Origin: Promethearchaeota archaeon
Lineage (GTDB): Archaea > Asgardarchaeota > Lokiarchaeia > Sigyniarchaeales > SOKP01
DNA: 64,000 nucleotides
Assembly (NCBI GenBank): GCA_018238625.1
Contig: JABCSY010000004.1
Location: 1-64,000 of the forward strand
Direction: 5' to 3'
Shown here piece by piece: positions 1 through 10,062 of the stretch (the stretch's first letter is position 1; every line of letters begins with the position of its first letter). Under the pieces are notes generated by a model, which saw nothing but the letters and a program-made list of their open reading frames with translations, was not told the DNA's origin and searched no databases. The position numbers and the translations under genes were made by a program.

Positions 1-47
1 ATCCATCTAATAAAAAAAGATTCAATTTCTATGGGAGGATTAGAAAA

Positions 48-869
48 ATGATAAGCGATAGTCTAAATAGAATTTGGATATTAAGTAAGAAAAACATCGC
101 GCTCTACATAAAAAGAGGTCCGGTTTTAATTTTTGGCTTGTTATTTCCTTTCTTCATGACGCTTTCTTGGGCTATTGGTAGAGCCATCCCTATCAACCAT
201 GTTTTTATTGGAATTGTATCTATGACTTCTTTCTTCACAGCAACAGCAATTAGTCCCGTTGTATTACCAATTGAAACTCGTGAAAAATCGTTAGAAAGAA
301 TTTTAGTCTCTCCGATTTCATTAAGCGAAATTTTATTAGGGATAGTCATCGCTTCGACTCTATATACATTAATAATTACATCAGTAATAACCACTATCTT
401 TATCCTATTGTTTTCAATTGTGTTTAATTCAATTGCAACGATCTTTTTAATGTTTTTAGGGATTGGTCTAATGTCAATCTTAGGGTCTCTATTGGGGCTA
501 TTATCTGCAGCATATCCTACAGATAAGACTTCTGATGTAATGCTTATTATGAATCTTATTAAGTTCCCTTTACTATTTATGAGCGGTATTTTTATTCCTC
601 TTCATAGTTTGCCCCCTTATTTATTATTTTTATCCTTTTTTTCACCAATAACCTTTCTAACGGACTTATTAAGATTTTGCGTAGACGGAAGTAATTTCTT
701 TACATATCAATTTGATGTCGTCTTGTTAACCACATGGATTGGTGTATTATTTATTGTAGGTTATCTGATACATAAAAGAACAATGCCTAAGAGGCTGGCA
801 GAAACGGGAAAAACTAAGAAAAAAATGAAGATGATGAAAAAGAATATAAAAGCATCAAGAGTGTTATAA
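48..869 (+). CDS. ABC-2 type transporter permease
   Basis: About six hydrophobic TM segments, an 'ETREKSLERILVSPIS' ABC-2 motif and 'FMSGIFIPL..LP'. GGAGG RBS upstream. Confidence 0.85.
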   Translation: MISDSLNRIWILSKKNIALYIKRGPVLIFGLLFPFFMTLSWAIGRAIPINHVFIGIVSMTSFFTATAISPVVLPIETREKSLERILVSPISLSEILLGIVIASTLYTLIITSVITTIFILLFSIVFNSIATIFLMFLGIGLMSILGSLLGLLSAAYPTDKTSDVMLIMNLIKFPLLFMSGIFIPLHSLPPYLLFLSFFSPITFLTDLLRFCVDGSNFFTYQFDVVLLTTWIGVLFIVGYLIHKRTMPKRLAETGKTKKKMKMMKKNIKASRVL

Positions 870-871
870 TT

Positions 872-1174
872 ATGGCGGATTTTTTAAAGAATTTAGAATT
901 TTTATCAGGAAAGCCGGATTTAAAGAGAATCGTTAAATCAAAAAAGAAGTTTAACATTGTTCGCATTTGTTTAGAAAAAGGACTGGAAATAGAACCCCAC
1001 CCAGAACCTTACGCCGTTTTCTTTCTAGTTTTAGATGGTTCGGGAATATTTACCAATAAGGAAGGAGAATTTAAACTGAAAAAAAATGATTTTATCTTTA
1101 TAGAAGCTGATGAAATAAGAGGTATAAAATGTCTTGAAAACTTAGTCGTTTTAGGAGTCCAAGACGGACACTAG
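872..1174 (+). CDS. Cupin domain protein
   Basis: 'IEPHPEPYAVFFLVLDGSGIF...LKKNDFIFIEADEIRGIK' matches the cupin_2 pattern. Confidence 0.8.
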   Translation: MADFLKNLEFLSGKPDLKRIVKSKKKFNIVRICLEKGLEIEPHPEPYAVFFLVLDGSGIFTNKEGEFKLKKNDFIFIEADEIRGIKCLENLVVLGVQDGH

Positions 1175-1308
1175 AACACTCAAGAAGAACTAAATACATG
1201 GATTAGAATTTATAAGTTTAAGTTTGAGAAAATATCATCATATCTAGAAAATTAGAAAAAAATCTGTAGAAAATGTTAAGTTTTTAGATTTAAGTCATTT
1301 TAAATGTT

Positions 1309-1482
1309 TTATTCTCTTGAAATATAGTATCTAAATTTATCGTTATCAACCTGCCACGCTTTAAAAAAATCAAATGCCTTCTTAGTATCACATAATTTTT
1401 CTATATTTTCAATACTATTATAAAGATCTTTTAAAAGAGTTTTATCACAAGGATATTGTCTGTGAGAGAGATTAAGTTCCAT
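1309..1482 (-). CDS. Small hypothetical protein (57 aa, below the ORF-track cutoff)
   Basis: Hand-translated MELNLSHRQYPCDKTLLKDLYNSIENIEKLCDTKKAFDFFKAWQVDNDKFRYYISRE*, preceded by a GGTGA RBS on the minus strand. Confidence 0.45.
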   Translation of the reverse strand: MELNLSHRQYPCDKTLLKDLYNSIENIEKLCDTKKAFDFFKAWQVDNDKFRYYISRE

Positions 1483-1559
1483 TTTATTGTTCTTTTCACC
1501 TAGTTTTATTAATTTAGAAAGAGTTTTTAGAACTCATTATCTAGTTAGGATAAAAGCAT

Positions 1560-1997
1560 TTAATTGAAAATATCTTCTACTTGCTTTAGACTTTTTCCAA
1601 ATTCTTTTAATTTAGAAGGAAGTTTTTTAATGATTTTTTCATCTGCAGTGAAAAAAATTTTACCTAATGCAATACTTATTCCAAGATAGGAAGTATCATA
1701 AATCGATATATCATGGTCAACAGCTATTTTAATCATGCATTCACGTATCTCTTTTTTTATCGTAATTACTTTAAATCCATAGTTCTCTAGACTCTCACCA
1801 GCATCATTAAGTTCACTTGGATCAAACAATTTACTATATTTCAAGGCGTTCATGACTTCAAAGTATAATAAGGATGGGATTAATAATTCGATTTGTCCAT
1901 CTATGAACTTATCTCGCAAGAATTTTGCTTTATCTGATTCATTTTCTTCTATGAACCACTTAACTACCACACTAGCATCTATAACTATTTCGATCAT
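1560..1997 (-). CDS. vapC: VapC-type PIN domain toxin
   Basis: PIN motifs 'IVIDASVVVKW', 'FEVMNAL', 'SIYDTSYL', 'TADEK'. Confidence 0.9.
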   Translation of the reverse strand: MIEIVIDASVVVKWFIEENESDKAKFLRDKFIDGQIELLIPSLLYFEVMNALKYSKLFDPSELNDAGESLENYGFKVITIKKEIRECMIKIAVDHDISIYDTSYLGISIALGKIFFTADEKIIKKLPSKLKEFGKSLKQVEDIFN

Positions 1998-2020
1998 TTA
2001 AGATTCTACTTTTTTCTCTT

Positions 2021-2251
2021 CTAATGTCTTTCTTCCCTGAATTTACGAATAATGTCTATGCTATTGAAATTTTCGGGAGCCTTTTTACGGATCCTTTCGT
2101 TCAGCAAGACAGCTTTAGCTTTATTTATCTCGGTTTTATTCTGAATTTCTATTTTAATTGCTTTACGAATTATCTCACTCCAGTTAAGATGCTTAAGTGC
2201 ATCCATCTTCTTTTTTAATTCAGGATCGATTCTTACACTTATGTTTGTCAT
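2021..2251 (-). CDS. vapB: Ribbon-helix-helix (CopG-like) antitoxin
   Basis: 'MTNISVRIDPELKKKMD...NWSEIIRKAI' RHH pattern, directly upstream of the PIN gene. Confidence 0.85.
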   Translation of the reverse strand: MTNISVRIDPELKKKMDALKHLNWSEIIRKAIKIEIQNKTEINKAKAVLLNERIRKKAPENFNSIDIIRKFREERH

Positions 2252-2261
2252 AGAGTGTCAA

Positions 2262-2304
2262 TATATACATATATTACGTATATACATGTATTACGCATAT
2301 ATAA
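2262..2304 (-). promoter_or_regulatory. vapBC promoter: TATA box plus two tandem 17-bp operator repeats
   Basis: TATATACATATATTACG (2262-2278) and TATATACATGTATTACG (2279-2295) lie between a minus-strand TTTATATA box (2297-2304) and the antitoxin ATG. Confidence 0.6.
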
Positions 2305-2351
2305 ATATTATCTTTGGGTTATACTATTTTTAGTCCTCTATCGGTCTGATA

Positions 2352-2693
2352 ATGTTTATAATTGGGATTGCTCTTTATATTGTTGCCTTGATTAATTTCG
2401 CAAAAACTCCTTTAAATGGGCCCATTGTTATCACATTTATTGGAGTATGCTTTGCTTCGGCATCTTGGATTTTATTATTTCTACTTGTTCTATATAGCCA
2501 TTTACATCATATTACAACTATAGCAGTAAAACGCTTCTGCCTTGAGAAATATGGTGATGCTTGTCCAGAATATATGAATAAAACTCATAAATATATAGAA
2601 TTTCCAAAAAAGATGGTTAGAAAATCATGTAAAGCAAATATTTTCATGGAAATATTTAATAGTATTTGGGAATTTAATAATAAATATGGCTGA
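2352..2693 (+). pseudogene. Degenerate isoprenylcysteine carboxyl methyltransferase/PEMT-family membrane protein
   Basis: 'FCLEKYGDACPEYMNKTHKYI' resembles the ICMT C-terminus (EE..L..KYG..Y.EY...TP..I). The central 'G.Y..SR.PMY' motif is missing and the conserved EE is replaced. Confidence 0.55.
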
Positions 2694-3453
2694 TTATAAA
2701 TACTGGTCAATTAGATTCGAAGATAATATTTTTTGGCTTTACTTAAATCGCCCTGATAAAAAAAACGCTTTTGATATTATTGTAGCTAACGAATTAGAAC
2801 AAATATTAGATGAAGAAGTCGAAAAGAATTTGAACAAAATTCGCGTATTAATATGCACTACTTCTATGGACGATATTTTTACCGTAGGGCTTGATATCAA
2901 ATGGCTCGTAACTCTGGACGAATCTAAAGCAAAAGATATGACAAGGAAGTTACAGAAAATTTTTGGTAAGTTTGAAAGCATTTCAATCCCCGTTATAATG
3001 GCTATAAAGGGTTTGAATCTTACGGCGGGATTTGAACTTATGCTGTGTGCAGACATTATCATTGCTGCCGATAACGCAAGATTTGGACAAGTTGAGACAA
3101 AATGGGGTATGACGCCTGCTGCTGGTGCAACTCAAAGATTAATTCGTTTAGTAGGACCTCTAAAAGCAAGAGAGATTATATACACTTCGAGGATCTTCGA
3201 CGCTCAAGAAGCTTTGAAAATGGGTTTGGTAAATGAAGTTGTCCCGTTGATGGAGCTTGAAGATCGAGTCGAAGAAATGGCAAGAATGATGATACAAAAT
3301 TCAGGTAAAGCAATTGCTTTTTGCAAGCGATTGATTCAAGAAGGGATATATAACAACGAACATGGGTTTCAAATGGAAGGAGAAGCTTTTCACGAGCTTT
3401 TTACTTCTGGAGAACCTAAAAAAAAATTAAAGTTATTCTTAGAAAAGAAATAA
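2686..3453 (+). CDS. Enoyl-CoA hydratase/isomerase family protein
   Basis: 'LNRPDKKNA', 'AGFELMLCADIIIA', 'FGQVETKWGMTPAAGATQRL'. Confidence 0.9.
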   Translation: MADYKYWSIRFEDNIFWLYLNRPDKKNAFDIIVANELEQILDEEVEKNLNKIRVLICTTSMDDIFTVGLDIKWLVTLDESKAKDMTRKLQKIFGKFESISIPVIMAIKGLNLTAGFELMLCADIIIAADNARFGQVETKWGMTPAAGATQRLIRLVGPLKAREIIYTSRIFDAQEALKMGLVNEVVPLMELEDRVEEMARMMIQNSGKAIAFCKRLIQEGIYNNEHGFQMEGEAFHELFTSGEPKKKLKLFLEKK

Positions 3454-3892
3454 AGAATGCTATTATTTGCTATTTTTTCAATTATATTGAGAAAAAACTC
3501 TTGTTCTTCTTCTGTAAGAACATTCATCATCCTTCTATATATAATATCTCTCTGTTTCTGATAAAGATTCACAATCTCTTTACCCTGTTTACTTATAGAT
3601 ACCTTTACAATTCTCCTATCGGATTGATTTCTCTTCCGGAGGATCTTTTTTTTTTAACTAGCCTATCTATAATCCCTGTTGCTGTGCTAGAATTAATCTC
3701 TAATTTTTCAGCAAGTTCTCTCATTATAATTTCTTTTTCACTATAAATCGTTACTAATGTTAAAAGTTCAGGTTTACTTACACCTATTTCACTGCTATGA
3801 CTTTCCATCGAAGAAAAAAAATTACTAATTTTATCTGATGCTTTTATTAGTCGATGTATCTTTTCAGACCCATTTTTCTCTTGTGAGCTCAT
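3390..3892 (-). pseudogene. MarR-family transcriptional regulator split by a frameshift in an A10 run
   Basis: The HTH 'MRELAEKLEINSSTATGIIDRLVKK' continues in the -1 frame as 'KILRKRNQSDRRIVKVSISKQGKEIV' (MarR DRR wing). The break is at T10, 3646-3655. Confidence 0.8.
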
Positions 3893-4156
3893 AATTTCGT
3901 TATAGTATTTTATTACTTAAAATAATTAATATAATAATATTTCGTTACTTGAATAGTTCCTTTTCTAATCTTTCTAATATAGAGTAATTAAAAAACATGT
4001 TTGCAAAACCTTTCAAGCATATTTAAAGTTTGAAATAAATTCATTTCTATTTTTTATTATTTACAATATCTAAAGAATAACACTAATTTAGAAATTAATA
4101 TTATTATTATTATCATTAAAAAATTGAAAATAAAACTATCAAATTCACATATTTAA

Positions 4157-6127
4157 ATGACACATTATAAACCTTATCCTTTTACGGCAATAGTAGGACA
4201 AGATTTAATGAAATTAGCTTTAATTTTAAACGCTATTAATCCAAAAATTGGTGGAGTTTTAATAAAAGGTACGAAAGGAACGGCAAAATCTACAGCAGTA
4301 AGAGCATTAGCAGATTTACTTCCTGAAATTGAAGTTGTAAAAGATTGTCCCTTTAATTGCAATCCCAAAAATTTAAAAGAATCGTGCCATTCGTGTCAAG
4401 ATAAAATTATCGCAGGCGATATTAAAGAAGAGAATATTATCCTTAAAGAAATGAGAGTTATTAATTTACCAATTAATTCTACAGAAGATCGTGTTGTTGG
4501 TACTATTGATATTAAAGAAGCACTCTTGAAGGGAATAAAAGCCTTAGAACCCGGAATATTAGCTGAAGCAAATCGTAATATACTTTATATAGACGAAGTT
4601 AATCTCCTAGCAGATAATGTAGCGGATATACTTTTGGATAGCGCTGCGATGGGTTTAAATATAATTGAACGTGAGGGCATTAGTTTTCACCATCCATCTA
4701 ATTTTATCTTGATAGGAACTATGAATCCTGAAGAAGGAAACTTGAGGCCACAGCTTTTAGATCGCTTTGGGTTAAGCGTAGATGTAGAACGTATTGAAAA
4801 TGTTGATCAGAGAGTTCTAATAATCAAATATGTTGAGGATTTTCAGAAGGATCCAAATAATTTCTATAATAAATTTAAAAAAAAACAAAAGGACTTAAGA
4901 AATAAAATTGTAAAAGCTCGAAAAAGCCTAAATTTAGTTCAAATTTCTGACGAGGATTTAAAAAAAATTGCTCAATTATGTATTGATTTTCGAACTGACG
5001 GACATAGAGCGGATATAACAATAACTCGTACAGCAAAAACTGTTGCAGTATTCAATGATAGAACTGTAGTAAATGAAGATGACATTAAAATTGCTGCTAA
5101 ATTATCTTTAAGCCATAGGTTAAGGCGCTTACCTTTCGAAGATCAGACTTTTAACGAAAATGATCTTGAAGATATGTTTGAAAAGCAAAAAGAGTTACAA
5201 ACAGACAAGAACAACTTAAATGATATTACTGGCGATCATCAAATCTTAAACATCAAAGAGGAAGTATTTAAAATAAATAAAGATATAAAAGCAGATAAAA
5301 TCATTCAAAAAAAAAAGATAAGAAAAGATATGAACATATCTGGACAAAGAATCATACATCCAACTACTAGCTCTCGTGGAAAATACATAGGGGGTCAAAA
5401 ATCTAGGGATCTGAAAATTCCTATGTCTCACGATATTGCATTGAACGAGACATTAAATGAAGCCGCATTAGAACCTGAAAATAGAGATGCAATTAAGAAC
5501 GGTGGAAATCTAATTATTAAGGAAGAACACATTCATATAAAGAAAAGAATGGGTAAATCAAGTTATTTAATTATTTTTTGCGTTGATGCTTCTGGCTCGA
5601 TAGGAGCTAATGGTAGAATGGAAGTTGTAAAGGGTATAATTTTTTCCATTTTACAATCAAATTATGTGTATCGTGATAAAGTATCACTAGTTGTGTTTCG
5701 AAAAGATAAAGCAGAAATAATTTTACCACCAACTAGAAGTACAGATTTAGCTTATAAACTATTAAAAGAAATTCCGACTGGCGGAACCACTCCTCTTGTT
5801 GCTGGCTTAATAAAAGCTATGGATGTTGCGCTTGAAGAGAATCGAAAAGAATCTGGATATATACCTCTTATTATTCTCTTAACTGATGCAAGAGGTAATG
5901 TTTATTATAAAGATGCTATTGATGATGTGCTAAAAACGGGAGAACAAATCTCAAAACATAATATAGGCACAATTATTATTGATGTTGAAGATTCTAATGT
6001 AAAGTTAGAAATTTGTAAGAAATTAGCTAAATCAGCCAATGCAGCATATTACCATATAGATGATTTAAATAATAAGAATTTAAATGAAATTTTAACCATT
6101 GAAGGGGTTTTAGAGAAAAATAAATAA
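4157..6127 (+). CDS. chlD: Chelatase ATPase subunit ChlD/ChlI-like (AAA+ plus vWA)
   Basis: 'YPFTAIVGQ', 'GTKGTAKST', 'LYIDEVNLL', '[18 protein letters not shown]', with C-terminal vWA 'VDASGS' and 'GGTTPL'. Confidence 0.9.
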   Translation: MTHYKPYPFTAIVGQDLMKLALILNAINPKIGGVLIKGTKGTAKSTAVRALADLLPEIEVVKDCPFNCNPKNLKESCHSCQDKIIAGDIKEENIILKEMRVINLPINSTEDRVVGTIDIKEALLKGIKALEPGILAEANRNILYIDEVNLLADNVADILLDSAAMGLNIIEREGISFHHPSNFILIGTMNPEEGNLRPQLLDRFGLSVDVERIENVDQRVLIIKYVEDFQKDPNNFYNKFKKKQKDLRNKIVKARKSLNLVQISDEDLKKIAQLCIDFRTDGHRADITITRTAKTVAVFNDRTVVNEDDIKIAAKLSLSHRLRRLPFEDQTFNENDLEDMFEKQKELQTDKNNLNDITGDHQILNIKEEVFKINKDIKADKIIQKKKIRKDMNISGQRIIHPTTSSRGKYIGGQKSRDLKIPMSHDIALNETLNEAALEPENRDAIKNGGNLIIKEEHIHIKKRMGKSSYLIIFCVDASGSIGANGRMEVVKGIIFSILQSNYVYRDKVSLVVFRKDKAEIILPPTRSTDLAYKLLKEIPTGGTTPLVAGLIKAMDVALEENRKESGYIPLIILLTDARGNVYYKDAIDDVLKTGEQISKHNIGTIIIDVEDSNVKLEICKKLAKSANAAYYHIDDLNNKNLNEILTIEGVLEKNK

Positions 6128-6131
6128 TAAT

Positions 6132-9100
6132 TTGATTAGTAAAATGAAAGAAAATTCAGAAAAAATTGAAAAAATACCCAAAATCTCCCTTATCACCGCC
6201 TCAGTTTTTATGAAGTGGATGACCGAAGGTATAATTGAAATTTATCAACAACTTGGGCGCCTTTTTACTTTTAAAATATATTTTTTAAACGATGTTAACG
6301 ATGGAAAGATCCCAAAAGAGGAATTTATTAAAGCTATTTATGAATCAGATATAATGCTTATTGATATCAGGGGTCATTGTTTAGCAGTTGACATCTTCGA
6401 AGAAGCTTACGGAAAGATGGAAAAAGAAAATCTTCAATTATTCGAAAAGAAACAAATAATAACGTTAATTGGAGGAAGTCCTCAGCTTATGAGGTTAACT
6501 AAAATTGGTTCTTTTATGGGCCGGAAAATTCCTTTACCAAAGAAGAAATTAGAATTAGGCTTCGATGAAATACCAGATATTACCGAAGCAATTAATAAAG
6601 GCATGAAAATAGACCAAATTATAAGAAAATTTTCAAAAATGTTTCCATTTGGATCTTTTAAACATATTAAAAACTGGGTATATTTAAGAGATTATTGGAG
6701 TCATGGTTTTGCAGGAATAGCAGAAAACCATAAAAATTTGATTCTCTTTCTTTTAAAAAATTACTTGGGATTTAAAGACTTAAAAGTGTCTAAACCACTG
6801 AAAATTCCTGAAATTGGGATATACGATCCAAATTCCAACAAATATTTTGAAACTTTAGACAAATTTTTACAATTTAAACCTATAGATCCAAATAAACAGA
6901 CAATAGGATTATTTTTTTATGGATCGCTTTATTTTGAGCAATCATTACCGATAATTGAAGAATTTGTAAAAAAATTCTCTAATTTTAATATTATTCCTGT
7001 TTATTCAGAAGTACTATACAATGTGGAAGCTCATCAAAACTTCTTTTTTAAAAATGACAGAAATCTCGTGAGTATTGTTCTCAATTTTCAATATTTTCAG
7101 CTTAATGGAGGACCTTTTGGAGGAGATTCTTCTATAACTTTAGATTTATATAAAAAAATGAATGTCCCCCATCTCAATCCATTAATTCAATACGATCTTC
7201 TCTATGAAGATTATCTTAAGTCTGAACAAGGAGCAATACCAATAAACCAAGTAATATCGATTGTAATGCCGGAATTAGACGGAAGAATTGAGATGATGAC
7301 AGTTGGATGTATGCAAAATTTAGGTTACTCCGAAGAGATACACTCAGATGTCTTAGAAGTAGCTTCTATTTCTCATCACATCGATTTTATAGTTGAGAGA
7401 GTCAAAAAGTGGCTTAATCTGCGTATTAAGGAAAATTCTGAAAAAAAAATTGCTATAATTATTTATAATTATCCTCCCAGCGAGGATAAAATAGGAAATG
7501 CTGCCTACTTAGACGTCTCAGAATCCGTTAGAAATTTGATTTCCATCTTAATTCAAGAAGGATATAACTTTGAAAACATACCAGAAAATAAGAATCTAGC
7601 AGATTTGTTTATTGAAAGTGGAACGTTAAATAATTCTAAATATATAAATGTCAAAAACTTCAAGGGAGTATTATGGAGTAAAGATGAATATTCAAATTAC
7701 TTTGGTCAATTACTTGAAAACCTACAAAAAGAAATAGTTGATTATTGGAGTGAAGTACCTGGGAAAATTAATGTGACAAATGATCATTTTAAACTTCCTA
7801 TTCTTCAATTTAAGAATTTATATATCGCATTGCAACCTGCCAGAAGCTTGGTCTCTGGAGATCCTAACGATTATCACGATAAAAACCTACCTCCACATCA
7901 TCAATATCTTGCTTTTTATCGTTATCTTGAAAAAATATTAAATATTGATGCTATGATTCATTTTGGGACCCATGGAACCGTTGAGTTTCAACCAGGAAAG
8001 CAAACATCTGGGGGTCCAGATGATTTTTGCTTAAATCTCATAGGAACGATCCCAAATTTGTATTATTATCACATAACAAACACAAGTGAATCTGCAATCG
8101 CTAAAAGAAGAGGAAATGCTGTTGTAATAAATCATGCTGGACCCACTTTTAAAAAATCGGATTTATATCAAGAACTTGCTAATTTAGAGTTCTTAATCTC
8201 AGAATATCAAAATGAAAGTGTTTTAAATTCGAGGGAATCAATTGAACCAGTAATAGCTGAAAGAATTAGAGATTTAGAATATGATATTTCTGAATTGGCT
8301 AAAAATCTAAATTTTGAATATTCTTCTATCGATGAGCTTGATGATTTATTATATAGATATAAAACTTCAGTTATTCCAATGGGACTTCATGTATTAGGTA
8401 GAAATTATACTATTGAAGAAAAAAAAGATTTGATTCTTCAAATTCTTTTGAATTCAGGGGAAATACCTGACGATTTAAAGGATGCTTTACTAAAATTTGA
8501 ACAACAAGAAAAACAGAAATCAAATATTTTCGAAGAATATCTAAAAGAAATTGTAGAAGGGTTCTATGGTTCAAGAAATATAACTAAACCATATGAGATA
8601 AGCGAGGAAGAACATTTGATTTTGATAAATTGGGTTAAAAATTTCCTTTTTAACATTGATAATTCTATGGAAATGGAAAATTTAATTCAAGGATTAGAAG
8701 GGGGATATATAGAACCCGGACTTGGTGGCGATCCAATACGTTCGCCTCACATATTTCCAACAGGTAGAAATTCGTACGGATTTGATCCGAGATTAATTCC
8801 AAGTTCAACAGCTTTTAAAAGAGGGGGAATAATAGCGGAAAGATTAATTGAAAATTATAAAAAAGAGCATGGAACATTTCCTGAAACAACAAGTGTAGTT
8901 CTATGGGCTTTCGAAACAATGAAAACGGGAGGCGAAACTATTGGTCAGATTTTTAATTATTTAGGTGTTAGACCAATTAAAAATAGATCTGTATGGACAA
9001 CTGAACTTGAAGTAATACCTCTTGAAGAAATGAAACACCCTCGAATTAATGTTATCGTTACAATCTGCGGGATTTTCAGAGATACTTTTCCCTATATTTT

Positions 9101-9932
9101 AAATTTAATAAATGAAGCAGTAGAATTAGTCGAAAATTTAGACGAACCTTTAGATAAGAATTATATCAGAAAAAGCGTGTTAGAATTAAGAAAAAAAGGT
9201 CTAGAACATCCCGAAGCTAGAATATATGGACCCGCACCAGGAAAATACAATACAAATTTGACTGATATTGTTTCGGCGGGAGTTTGGGAAGTTGAAAAAG
9301 AATTAGTTGACGATTATATAAATTGCATGAGCTTTGCGTATATGAAAAATCAGAAAATCAAGAAAATTTCTGATACTTTTATAGAAAATGTCAGTAAAAT
9401 TAATATCATGAGCCAAGTTAGAGATTCTTCCGAATACCATATTACCGATCTCGATCATTACTTTGAGTTTACTGGAGGATTAGCTAGGGTTTTTAAAGAA
9501 ATTAATGGAACACAGGCAAATATATATATTGCAGATACAACAACTAAAGACATAAGAGTTGATTCCTTAGAACAAAGTATCAAGGAAGGAGCTATTACAA
9601 GGTCATTAAATCCTCGGTGGATAAAAGCAATGCTAGCTCATAAATATCATGGCGGTCAAAAAGTTGCTGAAAGAGTTGAAAACATTTTAGGATTTGCTGC
9701 TACTACAGATTCAGTAGATAAATGGATTTGGGATAAGGGCTACGACCAATACATCGAAAATGAGGAAATTAGAACGGCTTTAATCGAAAACAATAGGTTT
9801 GCTATGATGGATATTGTAAAAAATATGCTTCAGGCGGAAAAAAGAGGTTATTGGGATGCAACCGAAAAACAACTTGATAATTTGAAAAAGTTATATCTCA
9901 ACCTCGAAAATTGGGTCGAAACAACTTATTAA
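6132..9932 (+). CDS. cobN: CobN/ChlH chelatase large subunit
   Basis: 'MPELDG', 'KKIAIIIYNYPP', 'PPHHQYLAFY', 'HFGTHGTVEFQPGK', 'PTGRN', 'NPRWIKAM'. Confidence 0.9.
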   Translation: MISKMKENSEKIEKIPKISLITASVFMKWMTEGIIEIYQQLGRLFTFKIYFLNDVNDGKIPKEEFIKAIYESDIMLIDIRGHCLAVDIFEEAYGKMEKENLQLFEKKQIITLIGGSPQLMRLTKIGSFMGRKIPLPKKKLELGFDEIPDITEAINKGMKIDQIIRKFSKMFPFGSFKHIKNWVYLRDYWSHGFAGIAENHKNLILFLLKNYLGFKDLKVSKPLKIPEIGIYDPNSNKYFETLDKFLQFKPIDPNKQTIGLFFYGSLYFEQSLPIIEEFVKKFSNFNIIPVYSEVLYNVEAHQNFFFKNDRNLVSIVLNFQYFQLNGGPFGGDSSITLDLYKKMNVPHLNPLIQYDLLYEDYLKSEQGAIPINQVISIVMPELDGRIEMMTVGCMQNLGYSEEIHSDVLEVASISHHIDFIVERVKKWLNLRIKENSEKKIAIIIYNYPPSEDKIGNAAYLDVSESVRNLISILIQEGYNFENIPENKNLADLFIESGTLNNSKYINVKNFKGVLWSKDEYSNYFGQLLENLQKEIVDYWSEVPGKINVTNDHFKLPILQFKNLYIALQPARSLVSGDPNDYHDKNLPPHHQYLAFYRYLEKILNIDAMIHFGTHGTVEFQPGKQTSGGPDDFCLNLIGTIPNLYYYHITNTSESAIAKRRGNAVVINHAGPTFKKSDLYQELANLEFLISEYQNESVLNSRESIEPVIAERIRDLEYDISELAKNLNFEYSSIDELDDLLYRYKTSVIPMGLHVLGRNYTIEEKKDLILQILLNSGEIPDDLKDALLKFEQQEKQKSNIFEEYLKEIVEGFYGSRNITKPYEISEEEHLILINWVKNFLFNIDNSMEMENLIQGLEGGYIEPGLGGDPIRSPHIFPTGRNSYGFDPRLIPSSTAFKRGGIIAERLIENYKKEHGTFPETTSVVLWAFETMKTGGETIGQIFNYLGVRPIKNRSVWTTELEVIPLEEMKHPRINVIVTICGIFRDTFPYILNLINEAVELVENLDEPLDKNYIRKSVLELRKKGLEHPEARIYGPAPGKYNTNLTDIVSAGVWEVEKELVDDYINCMSFAYMKNQKIKKISDTFIENVSKINIMSQVRDSSEYHITDLDHYFEFTGGLARVFKEINGTQANIYIADTTTKDIRVDSLEQSIKEGAITRSLNPRWIKAMLAHKYHGGQKVAERVENILGFAATTDSVDKWIWDKGYDQYIENEEIRTALIENNRFAMMDIVKNMLQAEKRGYWDATEKQLDNLKKLYLNLENWVETTY

Positions 9933-10062
9933 ATATGATAATAAGTTTTTATTAAGAGTTAAAACAAATTTAATTATTATTATTTATTAAAATATATATT
10001 CTTTAAAGATAGTGCAATAAAAAGGAATAAAGTATAAAATAAATAAAGTGTAGAGGATTTAT

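Noticed and set aside
4157-9932. Mg-chelatase implying (bacterio)chlorophyll synthesis
   Set aside because: There are no other chl/bch genes, and CobN+ChlD pairs are common cobalt or other-metal chelatases in non-phototrophic archaea.
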